Below are positions 28,987-37,024 of a stretch of 41,482 nucleotides of DNA, one piece after another. The notes under the pieces are model-generated. The model was not told where the DNA came from and searched no databases. It saw nothing but the letters and a program-made list of their open reading frames with translations. Numbering within the stretch: the first letter of the stretch is position 1; each line of letters starts with the position of its first letter. The position numbers and the translations under genes are program-made. The stretch comes from a virus (Duplodnaviria; Caudoviricetes), in the IMG/VR virus record IMGVR_UViG_3300030095_001216, positions 1 to 41,482 of that record. One strand, written 5' to 3'.

Positions 28987-29789
28987 TATTTATCTCCTTT
29001 CGAATTGCTCTCTTTGAGTTTTGCCTTTGCATTTTTCTGAATAGAATCAAATAGCTTACTTAAATCTAATTCGATATTAGGTTCTATTAAAGAAGGCGCT
29101 GTAACTTTCAGATCCATTTTATGATCTGACATTGTACGTATCGTGCGCTCTGTTCCTTTACTAGATGATCTAGTATCTATTCTGCAAACACAGTTAAAGT
29201 ATCTACCAATCTTAGTTGATAGCTTAGAACCCACGGAAGTTGGGTATGCTTTTGACACACCTAAATCACCTTCCATATACTGCATGTGTGCTGTCACAAC
29301 AACATTACACTTCACTTCATCGCCTGTAATGTACTGTATAATATTCTGCACATCACGCGCTGCAGCACCCCATTCTGGTTGGCTAGCTTGTTCAGTAGGT
29401 TTCCTGTTATTAAAAACGAGAGCGGCTCGTAGGGCAGCCTCCCCCATAAGTGTTAGGGAGTCAATCACTAGAACCGTATCCTCTCCCCATTCTTTCACGT
29501 GACCCAAGTCTTCATCACCGTCTTTCCAATGAGACAACAATCGTGCCCCTCTTCTAAACGAATCAGCTTGAGCTAGTGAATCTCTTAACGTAACATATGA
29601 GACGTTCTTTACTGCTTCTGGTTTCAGAAACTCTGGCAGTATGTCAAGTCCGTCATCATAATCTAGTATACGTAGCTTCTTACCTGCGTTAGCTAAACTC
29701 GCTAGGGCAGATGTCTTACCACTACCACTGTCTCCGCAGAGAAGTAGCTTAGTAACACTCGTAGATTTATGTTTACTTATATTTGCCAT
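28986..29789 (-). CDS. AAA_24/Sak4-like ssDNA-annealing ATPase
   Basis: GDSGSGKT, ILDYD.G, VIDSLT and VVVTAH. Confidence 0.8.
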   Translation of the reverse strand: MANISKHKSTSVTKLLLCGDSGSGKTSALASLANAGKKLRILDYDDGLDILPEFLKPEAVKNVSYVTLRDSLAQADSFRRGARLLSHWKDGDEDLGHVKEWGEDTVLVIDSLTLMGEAALRAALVFNNRKPTEQASQPEWGAAARDVQNIIQYITGDEVKCNVVVTAHMQYMEGDLGVSKAYPTSVGSKLSTKIGRYFNCVCRIDTRSSSKGTERTIRTMSDHKMDLKVTAPSLIEPNIELDLSKLFDSIQKNAKAKLKESNSKGDK

Positions 29790-29814
29790 AAGTTGGTCTC
29801 CTGTTATGTTTGTA

Positions 29815-29842
29815 ATTATATACTAAATAAATTATTTGTCAA
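29815..29842 (-). promoter_or_regulatory. Sigma70 promoter for the replication operon
   Basis: TTGACA-16 nt-TATAAT upstream of an AGGAG RBS. Confidence 0.65.
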
Positions 29843-30038
29843 CAAAATATTTGTTGAGCATCTCAATTTGTTCTTCATACTTCCCCATTGCATTAAGTTC
29901 TTTCTCTATACTTTCTAGTATATCAGTGTGTTCACCAACACCAACAGCACTATCCATATAAATTAATACATTGGCTCGATGCTTTGCAATCTGTCCTTCA
30001 GCATGCTTTAACATTGCGTCAATCATTATCAGCTTCAT
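29832..30038 (-). CDS. Conserved small phage protein
   Basis: HAEG.I.KH.ANV..Y..VGVGEH.D motif. Confidence 0.7.
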   Translation of the reverse strand: MKLIMIDAMLKHAEGQIAKHRANVLIYMDSAVGVGEHTDILESIEKELNAMGKYEEQIEMLNKYFVDK

Positions 30039-30997
30039 TGTTTACCTCCTTCTATTACTTCTAATTTTATTGGTTTAGTTTCTTCAAGATCGGGGTGATA
30101 CTCTTGTTTGAAATCAGTGCCAAAGAATATATGTCTTTGTGATTTCGCGTGAGCACATGCCTCTCTATATCTGCAACCCCCGTAGTTTCCACAAGAGGTG
30201 AAGTTCGCTGGGTAGTACTGCGAGTTAGCATATACATCTGATATCTCAAGATGGTGTAGCGTATCGTTGTACCACTCATCAATTAATTCTTTGGATACAT
30301 TGTATACTTGCCTAGCAAATCGGCAGAAGTTAGCACCTGTCTGAACTCCGTCAATAATAAAGCCGTCAACAGGTAGCTTCAGTACCTCACGGCATGCCCA
30401 GATGTAAGCAAAGACTTGGTTAGCTGGCATATAGCCATTGAAATAGTACTCTGATAAGGCAGTCTTTGTAGTCTTAGTATCAACAAGATATAACCTGTCA
30501 TCAACAGAAACAATCTTATCTATACGACCACTAAACCTGTGTCCTCTATCACCAATAGGCACTTCGAATCTCTGCTCCAATGCAGGCGATCCGTCTGGCA
30601 TGGTGGCAAGTTTCAAGTTGTCATCCCAAAACTCCTCAGCTTTCCATACAACTGCACGAAGAGCGGCTTCCAATCCTCTTGCACTATCGTCTGCAAGTTT
30701 TAGATCTTCACCATAATCTTTTAGTACTAGAGATACAGCTTGGCTAACTGATGCTTCCTTAGTCATGCCTTCATGTCTAGCCTTATCTAACTCTTCCAAT
30801 CCTGCGTGTACTGCAGAACCAAATCCTGTAGCACTAGAGTACTTGGTAGATTTCCAACCGTCTAGTACAGAGAACTTGTAGTATCTAGGACAAGCTAAAA
30901 AAGAACTAAGGCTTGAAGTATCCCATATCTTTTGTATAGGTTGACCATTGTCATCCCAAACAAACTTTCTTATTCTTGGTAAGTTATCGTCTCCCAT
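30035..30997 (-). CDS. PD-(D/E)XK nuclease (Cas4/RecB-like exonuclease)
   Basis: S.L..F..CPR.Y, FGSAVH, E..F, GRIDK..LVDTKT, Q...Y and C-terminal C..C..C. Confidence 0.85.
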   Translation of the reverse strand: MGDDNLPRIRKFVWDDNGQPIQKIWDTSSLSSFLACPRYYKFSVLDGWKSTKYSSATGFGSAVHAGLEELDKARHEGMTKEASVSQAVSLVLKDYGEDLKLADDSARGLEAALRAVVWKAEEFWDDNLKLATMPDGSPALEQRFEVPIGDRGHRFSGRIDKIVSVDDRLYLVDTKTTKTALSEYYFNGYMPANQVFAYIWACREVLKLPVDGFIIDGVQTGANFCRFARQVYNVSKELIDEWYNDTLHHLEISDVYANSQYYPANFTSCGNYGGCRYREACAHAKSQRHIFFGTDFKQEYHPDLEETKPIKLEVIEGGKQ

Positions 30998-31013
30998 ATG
31001 TATCCCCTTTCGT

Positions 31014-31253
31014 TTACTTTATTTCTGGTAATATTATCTCTGGTCTATACTTGATGTAGTTCTCTATTAAGTCAGAAGGTACACAAGTTAGTATTAAACT
31101 ATCAATGTCATCCAACTCTGTCATAATATTTTCTTTAGCTATTTCGCAATTAGGTACATCAAGATATAAATATTGTGAAGCTATGTTTATACATTTCTTA
31201 TCATCAATAGGACCTAAACATAAATACCCTAGTAAAAAGACTGCTGTTTTCAT
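31014..31253 (-). CDS. Small Cys-containing, possibly secreted protein
   Basis: Hydrophobic N-terminus and four spaced Cys residues. Confidence 0.55.
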   Translation of the reverse strand: MKTAVFLLGYLCLGPIDDKKCINIASQYLYLDVPNCEIAKENIMTELDDIDSLILTCVPSDLIENYIKYRPEIILPEIK

Positions 31254-31489
31254 GTCTCTGATACTAGCATATCTAATATGTTCTTGTCAAATTTCTTTGG
31301 TACTTTTTTAACAGCACTCTTCTTAGAAATTCTTTTACCGCTAGCCTCTGCTTCTCTTACGTTTACCCTAGTAGCTTGTAAGTATTTTACAATCTTACTT
31401 ATGGCATCATTGTCTTTAGATAACTCAACTGATTCTTTCTCAAGTAGATCTGTTGGTATCTCTATTGTTTCTTGCTCTTCCATACTCAC
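31250..31489 (-). CDS. Hypothetical protein
   Basis: AGGAG RBS; tightly packed with neighbours. Confidence 0.6.
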   Translation of the reverse strand: MSMEEQETIEIPTDLLEKESVELSKDNDAISKIVKYLQATRVNVREAEASGKRISKKSAVKKVPKKFDKNILDMLVSET

Positions 31490-31491
31490 TC

Positions 31492-31809
31492 CTAATGTTT
31501 AGTCTTTGGGTCTGTCTGATTTTCTTTTAGCTTAATAAATATTGAATCAAGTGTGTTGCCTGTCTTGTCCTGTGCTTTCTGCATCTCATCAATCAGTGGT
31601 CCTGCTGATGTAAATGTATGTAGCACGTCAGCTAACAATCCAAAGCTACCCATTGTTCCATACTTTAATAAAGACAATCTCATACCTATCTCATATAATG
31701 ATGATATCAATACATCAATATCATAATCCTTAGATACTTTTATTAATGGTTCTCTTAAGTCTTCTACACAAGCCTCAAAATTTGCTCGGTACTTATCTTC
31801 CTGCGTCAT
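31492..31809 (-). CDS. Hypothetical protein
   Basis: GGAG RBS; ATGA overlap. Confidence 0.6.
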   Translation of the reverse strand: MTQEDKYRANFEACVEDLREPLIKVSKDYDIDVLISSLYEIGMRLSLLKYGTMGSFGLLADVLHTFTSAGPLIDEMQKAQDKTGNTLDSIFIKLKENQTDPKTKH

Positions 31810-32129
31810 AGTTTCTCTCCTGTCTCTGCATTCACTACGTCAAGTTCTTCTAGGTCATCTAGAATATGTAGTATTTCTACACCTTTGTCAAGTTGATTTA
31901 TTTTTAAGGTGTCGTATTTATACGGGTCGCCCTCGCCCTTCTCTTCTGCTAACCCTCGGTATGCTTTTATGTATTGGTATATACGCATACGTAAACTGAA
32001 AGGTCGGTCATGTTTAATTATAAACTTGGGTGCTTCCTCTGAGTTTGGGTTATCTATTTCTTTTAGAACCTTTTCCAAAGCGACTGAAATATCTGTCCAA
32101 CGGTAAAGGTTGCCCTTCTGTTTCGTCAT
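31806..32129 (-). CDS. Hypothetical protein
   Basis: AGGAG RBS. Confidence 0.6.
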   Translation of the reverse strand: MTKQKGNLYRWTDISVALEKVLKEIDNPNSEEAPKFIIKHDRPFSLRMRIYQYIKAYRGLAEEKGEGDPYKYDTLKINQLDKGVEILHILDDLEELDVVNAETGEKL

Positions 32130-32274
32130 TGTTTATCTCCTGTAAATATTCGTGGTCATTGGGGTCAAACATGGCATCATTTTCAAAATCTTCCACGTCA
32201 AACACATCATCAACCAAATCAATAGTCTCGTCTAGTAAGTAGTCATCACCTGTTGTGTATCTTTTCTTAGTCAT
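32050..32274 (-). CDS. Small acidic protein
   Basis: AAAGGA RBS; D/E-rich core. Confidence 0.55.
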   Translation of the reverse strand: MTKKRYTTGDDYLLDETIDLVDDVFDVEDFENDAMFDPNDHEYLQEINNDETEGQPLPLDRYFSRFGKGSKRNR

Positions 32275-32284
32275 TGTGTCCTTT

Positions 32285-32395
32285 CTAATTAAATATACCT
32301 AACCAATTTAATACTATCATTATACTTAAGCCATATGTTGTTATCCATAAAGCGCAACCCGTAATTAAATAACAAATATCTTCGAACGTATTCAA
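32285..32395 (-). CDS. Possible 36-aa membrane peptide (not in ORF track)
   Basis: TTG start overlapping the GGCT stop; hydrophobic LITGCALWITTYGLSIMIVLNWLGIF; fills the gap between genes. Confidence 0.35.
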   Translation of the reverse strand: MNTFEDICYLITGCALWITTYGLSIMIVLNWLGIFN

Positions 32396-32823
32396 ATTTT
32401 AGTAGACCATTCTTTTATATTATCTGTTGTGATAATTCTTTTGTTTGATAGTACAGATGAGTTAGTAGATATAGCGGGAGTGTCCTCTATGATAAACATA
32501 TCAGCGATATGTTCTTTACCATCTAAGGTTTCTACTATAGTATTTACTAACGTATATCCTGCGCCAAGTTCCATAGCTTTTACAGACTCGTAAACAACAT
32601 CACTCTTTATCTCATACAGTTCTCCTTTTATTTTATACCTACATATCTTTGTATCGTAATGTCTAAATGTAATTGGATAACTGTTTAAGAAATCTTTTAT
32701 AGTGAAGTTGCTATCAGTAGTGATAGCATCACCAATTTTCTTTTGCTTAGTAAGTAGTCCGTGTAATCGCTCACCCTTTTTAAGAGTGCCATACACAAAC
32801 ATCAGTCTCTTTTTATTGCTCAT
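32392..32823 (-). CDS. Gamma-glutamylcyclotransferase (AIG2/GGCT-like)
   Basis: FVYGTLKKG, YP, IKGELY and ME..GY. Confidence 0.85.
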   Translation of the reverse strand: MSNKKRLMFVYGTLKKGERLHGLLTKQKKIGDAITTDSNFTIKDFLNSYPITFRHYDTKICRYKIKGELYEIKSDVVYESVKAMELGAGYTLVNTIVETLDGKEHIADMFIIEDTPAISTNSSVLSNKRIITTDNIKEWSTKI

Positions 32824-32824
32824 A

Positions 32825-33166
32825 TTATACCCTCATATTTTCGCGTAGCCAATCCTTTAACTCTGAATTACAGAATAGTTCTGTCATAAAATTACCAAAG
32901 GAATTAACTATGTGTTCTTCGTCTTTGTCTTTCATGTTGTACTGATAAAATGCTACGTGCATACACTCATGCACGACTACATTGAAAGCATCAGCACCAC
33001 CCTCTTCAATCATCTCTTCGTCTAGATAGATTTTATATGGAGGTTTCTGAACAAACATACCTTGTGCTTCACCCATTTCATACATCACTTCATGGGGGGC
33101 AACAATTAATTCTACTTTAAAAGGTCCGATCGTTACAAATTTAGGGAGTCTTTTATTTTTTGCCAT
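32825..33166 (-). CDS. Zincin-like HExxH protein
   Basis: VVHECMH..EEHIV; start revised to MAKNK. Confidence 0.7.
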   Translation of the reverse strand: MAKNKRLPKFVTIGPFKVELIVAPHEVMYEMGEAQGMFVQKPPYKIYLDEEMIEEGGADAFNVVVHECMHVAFYQYNMKDKDEEHIVNSFGNFMTELFCNSELKDWLRENMRV

Positions 33167-33276
33167 AGATTTGTATACCATGCTTTGTCTTTCTTGTCAA
33201 GTAAAATCTTATTACTGTTGTTATTATTAAGGATATGATACCATACCCAAAACATTTTTCCTTTCTTTCTATTCAT
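33133..33276 (-). CDS. Small hypothetical protein
   Basis: GAGGA RBS before MNRKKGK. Confidence 0.4.
   Translation of the reverse strand: MNRKKGKMFWVWYHILNNNNSNKILLDKKDKAWYTNLWQKIKDSLNL
33172..33200 (-). promoter_or_regulatory. Sigma70 promoter (probably leaderless)
   Basis: TTGACA-17 nt-TATACA with TG extension; ATG follows after a 5-nt spacer. Confidence 0.55.
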
Positions 33277-33499
33277 TTTTATCCTCGTCATTGTGTCGGG
33301 GTGTGCAGTATAGCCAACCCATATCACTTATCTCTTGCTTGTTAAATGCTTCGACAAATTGTCGGACACTATAACACTTGGGATTAATTTCGGAAGTGCC
33401 TACGCCACTATCTAAGAATCTTTGCAGTTCTTCATCCGTCACTCTGTCGTCTGGTATCCAGTGTGCTATATCCCATACTAATTTTTCCTCAGCCTTCAT
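33269..33499 (-). CDS. Hypothetical protein
   Basis: AGGAG RBS. Confidence 0.6.
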   Translation of the reverse strand: MKAEEKLVWDIAHWIPDDRVTDEELQRFLDSGVGTSEINPKCYSVRQFVEAFNKQEISDMGWLYCTPRHNDEDKNE

Positions 33500-33701
33500 T
33501 GTGAACTCCTAACCATTGTATGTATGCTTTGTGATCCTCTATCTTTTGCAAAGGAAATGCATCATAGCATGATGCCATGCGTTCCACAATAAATTCTTTA
33601 GTTTCTTTACTTGATATATTTCTATTCATAAATTCATATATGTGTTTAGCAAATAAAATATTATCTCTCGGAAACTTTGTCTTGTCTTTCTTCTTTGTCA
33701 T
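33489..33701 (-). CDS. Hypothetical protein
   Basis: Purine-rich RBS; tightly packed with neighbours. Confidence 0.55.
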   Translation of the reverse strand: MTKKKDKTKFPRDNILFAKHIYEFMNRNISSKETKEFIVERMASCYDAFPLQKIEDHKAYIQWLGVHNEG

Positions 33702-33870
33702 CTGCTTCCTTCCTTTCTGTATTGAATCGTATCATATGCTGTGCATAATCACGCAACACTTTATCTAAACCTTCTAACTCATCAGTTAATAAGTTCATTC
33801 TACTGTTTAGTGTTTCTATTTCTTGATTGAGATCTTTCATTCTCATCTTTATTATACTACTATTCGCCAT
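33661..33870 (-). CDS. Small coiled-coil protein
   Basis: GGAGG RBS; heptad pattern. Confidence 0.6.
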   Translation of the reverse strand: MANSSIIKMRMKDLNQEIETLNSRMNLLTDELEGLDKVLRDYAQHMIRFNTERKEADDKEERQDKVSER

Positions 33871-34402
33871 GCTTAGCCTCCATTTCTCTAAACCAACGCG
33901 GTTTTCTTACACCTTTATTCCATTGAGCAAAGTATTGTTTGTCGTGGAAATAATATTCGCGATACGAATCTATATGATTGTCGCACCACTTGTATTGATC
34001 GGGCATACACAATGGCACAGTTGTTAAATCATATGCGTCTTCTCCTTGATTGGAAATAAAAGATTCACGCATCTTATTCATAAGCCCCGACCCCCATATA
34101 TTATTGAGTATGCGTTCCGACTTGTGTATCTTACCAAAGCGATATTGATATTGTTTGTTTATCTCAACACCATGTTCGTATGTCCACACAAAATTTCTGT
34201 ATGAGTTGCCAACCCAGATGGTCATAGGGTGCTTGGGATATGCACTCTTATATACTAAATCATCTTTGATTACCTGAGGTATCTGGTTTCTTACCGCAGT
34301 TGATAACATCTGACAAGTTTCCAATAACATTTTTGGAACATGCTTATCACACAAATCCTTTGCTGATGCAGAGGGGCTATCATTTAAATGAAATATATTC
34401 AT
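33860..34402 (-). CDS. Pyrimidine-dimer DNA glycosylase-like protein (DenV/endonuclease V superfamily)
   Basis: MNIF.L..DKHV.KM.LE.CQMLST, HP.T.W, Y.YRFGK.H and YR.YY..K. Confidence 0.8.
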   Translation of the reverse strand: MNIFHLNDSPSASAKDLCDKHVPKMLLETCQMLSTAVRNQIPQVIKDDLVYKSAYPKHPMTIWVGNSYRNFVWTYEHGVEINKQYQYRFGKIHKSERILNNIWGSGLMNKMRESFISNQGEDAYDLTTVPLCMPDQYKWCDNHIDSYREYYFHDKQYFAQWNKGVRKPRWFREMEAKHGE

Positions 34403-34533
34403 GCTACTTTCTTTCCTTTCTGTTTAAGTTTGTCTCTCATTTCAAAGTATACAATCGCTTGTGCTATTGTCAATGTTCCATTGATTGACTTAGCTTTAAG
34501 TTCTTCGTATTTTCTTTCTTGTTGATTGTTCAT
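34399..34533 (-). CDS. 44-aa hypothetical protein (not in ORF track)
   Basis: GGGGA RBS; MNNQQERKYEELK..; ATGA overlap with the next gene. Confidence 0.5.
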   Translation of the reverse strand: MNNQQERKYEELKAKSINGTLTIAQAIVYFEMRDKLKQKGKKVA

Positions 34534-34675
34534 GTATCTTATCCCCTATGTAAGTGTATGCCATGTGTAGCTGTATATCTTTGGCTACAATTTCGCGTTG
34601 CATTATCTTATATGCTGACGCATATCCTACACAAGCCATAGTTATCATCATTAAAAATAGTATTAGGTTAGTCAT
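34496..34675 (-). CDS. Small membrane protein
   Basis: Start revised to MTNLILFLMM (AGGGGG RBS); N-terminal TM segment. Confidence 0.5.
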   Translation of the reverse strand: MTNLILFLMMITMACVGYASAYKIMQREIVAKDIQLHMAYTYIGDKIHEQSTRKKIRRT

Positions 34676-34853
34676 CACTACCCCCTTCTCTTGCAAGATT
34701 ACCCTCGTGTTCCCACCACATTCTTGCTTCTGCTTCTTCGTATGCTTCTCTATCCTCATCAATCTGTTCCAACAGTTTGGTTTCGTAGTCGGATAGGTTA
34801 TCTTCGTATCGTCTTTCTTCTAGTTCCATGAGCCATGCTTTTACTCTACCCAT
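34668..34853 (-). CDS. Small acidic protein
   Basis: GAGGA RBS; MGRVKAWLMELEE N-terminus. Confidence 0.6.
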   Translation of the reverse strand: MGRVKAWLMELEERRYEDNLSDYETKLLEQIDEDREAYEEAEARMWWEHEGNLAREGGSDD

Positions 34854-35037
34854 TTGCTTCCTCGCTTTCCTGTGTTAGTTGTTCTAGCATTTTGGTGAAG
34901 TGTTCTGTTGCTTCGTACCACCCTTGTGCTATGAGTTCATCATCATTCATTTGGTCTTGCTCTTTGTACCTATCAAGTGAATCAGATAGTTCTGAATTCA
35001 ATCTGATAAGTTCGGTCTTTAGTTTTTCTATTATCAT
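34846..35037 (-). CDS. Hypothetical protein
   Basis: AAAGGA RBS. Confidence 0.55.
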   Translation of the reverse strand: MIIEKLKTELIRLNSELSDSLDRYKEQDQMNDDELIAQGWYEATEHFTKMLEQLTQESEEANG

Positions 35038-35082
35038 ATTATAATCCTTTCGATAATAAAGTCAAGTTGATATTGTGTCGCA
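35038..35082 (-). promoter_or_regulatory. Promoter with upstream TGCGACA box
   Basis: TGCGACACAATATCAA, then TTGACT-16 nt-TATAAT. Confidence 0.55.
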
Positions 35083-35283
35083 GTCTTCGAGTATACACGA
35101 CATGTTCTCGGAATAAATCCGAGGGTCTATAAATTAACAGATCAGACCCTTATGCCCCTCTAATATATGAATTAAAATATAATATAATATATTTATATAG
35201 TATATAAATGGACACAGCACTATCGTTTCTGCCAACCCTCGTGTTTATGTCGGAGATATGTCGCATATCTACGTGAGGAAAGC

Positions 35284-36078
35284 CTATGCTAACTGCTGAT
35301 ATCCGTGCTCATTAAACGAGTTGACATTTGGACTGTCAAATGTTGGGCGGATATTGCCGAAGCCGTTCATGTAATTAACATAGGATAAACTTCTTGCCAT
35401 TTGTAATTCATTCGGTCTAGGAAATGGCACACCCACTTCTAGTATAGAAGTTTCGCTAAGAATACTACCACCATTCACAAAGTGTGGTATCTTTTCTTTA
35501 GCTACGGGATATAGGTTAGGATATGACCTCCATACGTTAGGCATTTTAAGTATCTTACGCATGGTTGCATGATGTTTTTCTTCAGCTAGTGCATTTGCTA
35601 ACCATTCTTCCCTGTCTATTTTAACACCACGCATACCAAGTATATATGTAGTATCATATAAGTTCTTTCTTTTATGATTAGGATATACTGTCGTGTTGTA
35701 TTTTTTAACTAGCTCAAGCATTGAACTGTTTGTTGACATCACTTCGAACGGGTGAACACCATCAGAAATCGCGGGTTTGACTTTGATTATAATGAACTCT
35801 ACTTGTTTCATATATCCATTGCCATTCCAACGAGTATGATCTCTTGCTATGGCAGACCAATCATGCCCTTCATATTCGAAGTCCTCATTCTGTGAGCCTA
35901 GTCGTCTGCCTCTGTTGGTAGTCAACACCCATGTGCTTTTGCGTTTAACCATAGTAAAGGTTTGTTTGTTGTCTACATATCCTTGATAGACACCCTTATC
36001 ATCAGCATGATATTCGGGTCTATATCCTACAATGTTTATGCTACCCACTGGAGTCGGGTATAGTTTTACATTAGTCAT
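35284..36078 (-). CDS. Hypothetical protein in the amidoligase operon
   Basis: Start revised to MTNVKL, with AGGGGG as RBS. Confidence 0.65.
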   Translation of the reverse strand: MTNVKLYPTPVGSINIVGYRPEYHADDKGVYQGYVDNKQTFTMVKRKSTWVLTTNRGRRLGSQNEDFEYEGHDWSAIARDHTRWNGNGYMKQVEFIIIKVKPAISDGVHPFEVMSTNSSMLELVKKYNTTVYPNHKRKNLYDTTYILGMRGVKIDREEWLANALAEEKHHATMRKILKMPNVWRSYPNLYPVAKEKIPHFVNGGSILSETSILEVGVPFPRPNELQMARSLSYVNYMNGFGNIRPTFDSPNVNSFNEHGYQQLA

Positions 36079-37024
36079 TTTTCGTGCCCCCTTTCTTGTT
36101 TGATCGTGCATCTATTAAGTGGTCGATTGCATCATACATATCCATTTCATCAGCAGTCACTAGATCACCCAGCATTTCTGCTGTGCCCATTGGGTTGTGG
36201 TATATGACCTCTGATATATCAGCCTGTGATAATCCAACCAGATCAGCTAGATTGTATGGCGTGTTATCATCACAAAGATCTACAGATTTTTTCGCGTTTG
36301 CTTTGCTTGTCCATTTATCATAGTTGTATATATCATCAGCATAGCTGTAGTCTGTAGCATTGTATCCGTTAAACCATGACTTGTTGTATGATGTGATTGC
36401 TTTTGGTTGCGTAGATATGGTGTCAGTCTTGACATCATAATCACTACCCATACCGCGTTGTATGGAGTATGTATTTGATAGCCACATACTATCCATTGTT
36501 TCACCATGATCTTCGTTGATGATTGTGAACTTACCATTACTTCCGTCAAGGAATAATAGTTTATCAGAGCCAATAGATTCTTCAATCATATCCCTCCAAT
36601 CCGAATTGTATAACAGTTCGGGATTGTGTGCTAACATTGGTCGTAATATCCACTTCACATATTGATGTGTATCTGATTTGTCTACATCAATCATTGGTGT
36701 TGGTAATTGCGGTCCGTTGTGCATAACCCATATAGATCTGTTATGCTGTTTCATATTAAGCACTTCAAATGGGTGGCAGTTTGATCTGTTAGTTCCACCA
36801 TTAGTTGTGAATCTGAAGTGCAATCCCATTGGGATATTCATATCTTTGTATCTATCCCATAGAGATACAACATCACCCTCAGTTTTAGGGAGATGTTTAA
36901 ATGTTTGTATCTTGCCGTCAGCAAGAAACATACCACCAAATCCGTCAGAATTATTGTGATATGCTGATGTCAGTAAGTTTTGTTTTAACTCACTAGCATT
37001 GTCTGATTTAATAATTAAACACAT
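36071..37024 (-). CDS. Class II (Ntn) glutamine amidotransferase
   Basis: N-terminal MC nucleophile, N.DGFG, HFR.TT.G, NCHPF, MHNG, SDT and SN. Confidence 0.88.
   Translation of the reverse strand: MCLIIKSDNASELKQNLLTSAYHNNSDGFGGMFLADGKIQTFKHLPKTEGDVVSLWDRYKDMNIPMGLHFRFTTNGGTNRSNCHPFEVLNMKQHNRSIWVMHNGPQLPTPMIDVDKSDTHQYVKWILRPMLAHNPELLYNSDWRDMIEESIGSDKLLFLDGSNGKFTIINEDHGETMDSMWLSNTYSIQRGMGSDYDVKTDTISTQPKAITSYNKSWFNGYNATDYSYADDIYNYDKWTSKANAKKSVDLCDDNTPYNLADLVGLSQADISEVIYHNPMGTAEMLGDLVTADEMDMYDAIDHLIDARSNKKGGTKND

Noticed and set aside
30035-30997. Cas4-like nuclease as evidence for a CRISPR system
   Set aside because: No repeat-spacer array or other cas genes; context (Sak4, SSB) indicates a recombination exonuclease.
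34446-34473. TTGACA-16-TATACT inside the 44-aa ORF
   Set aside because: Plausible internal promoter for the DenV-like gene, but intragenic and unsupported otherwise, so not listed as a feature.
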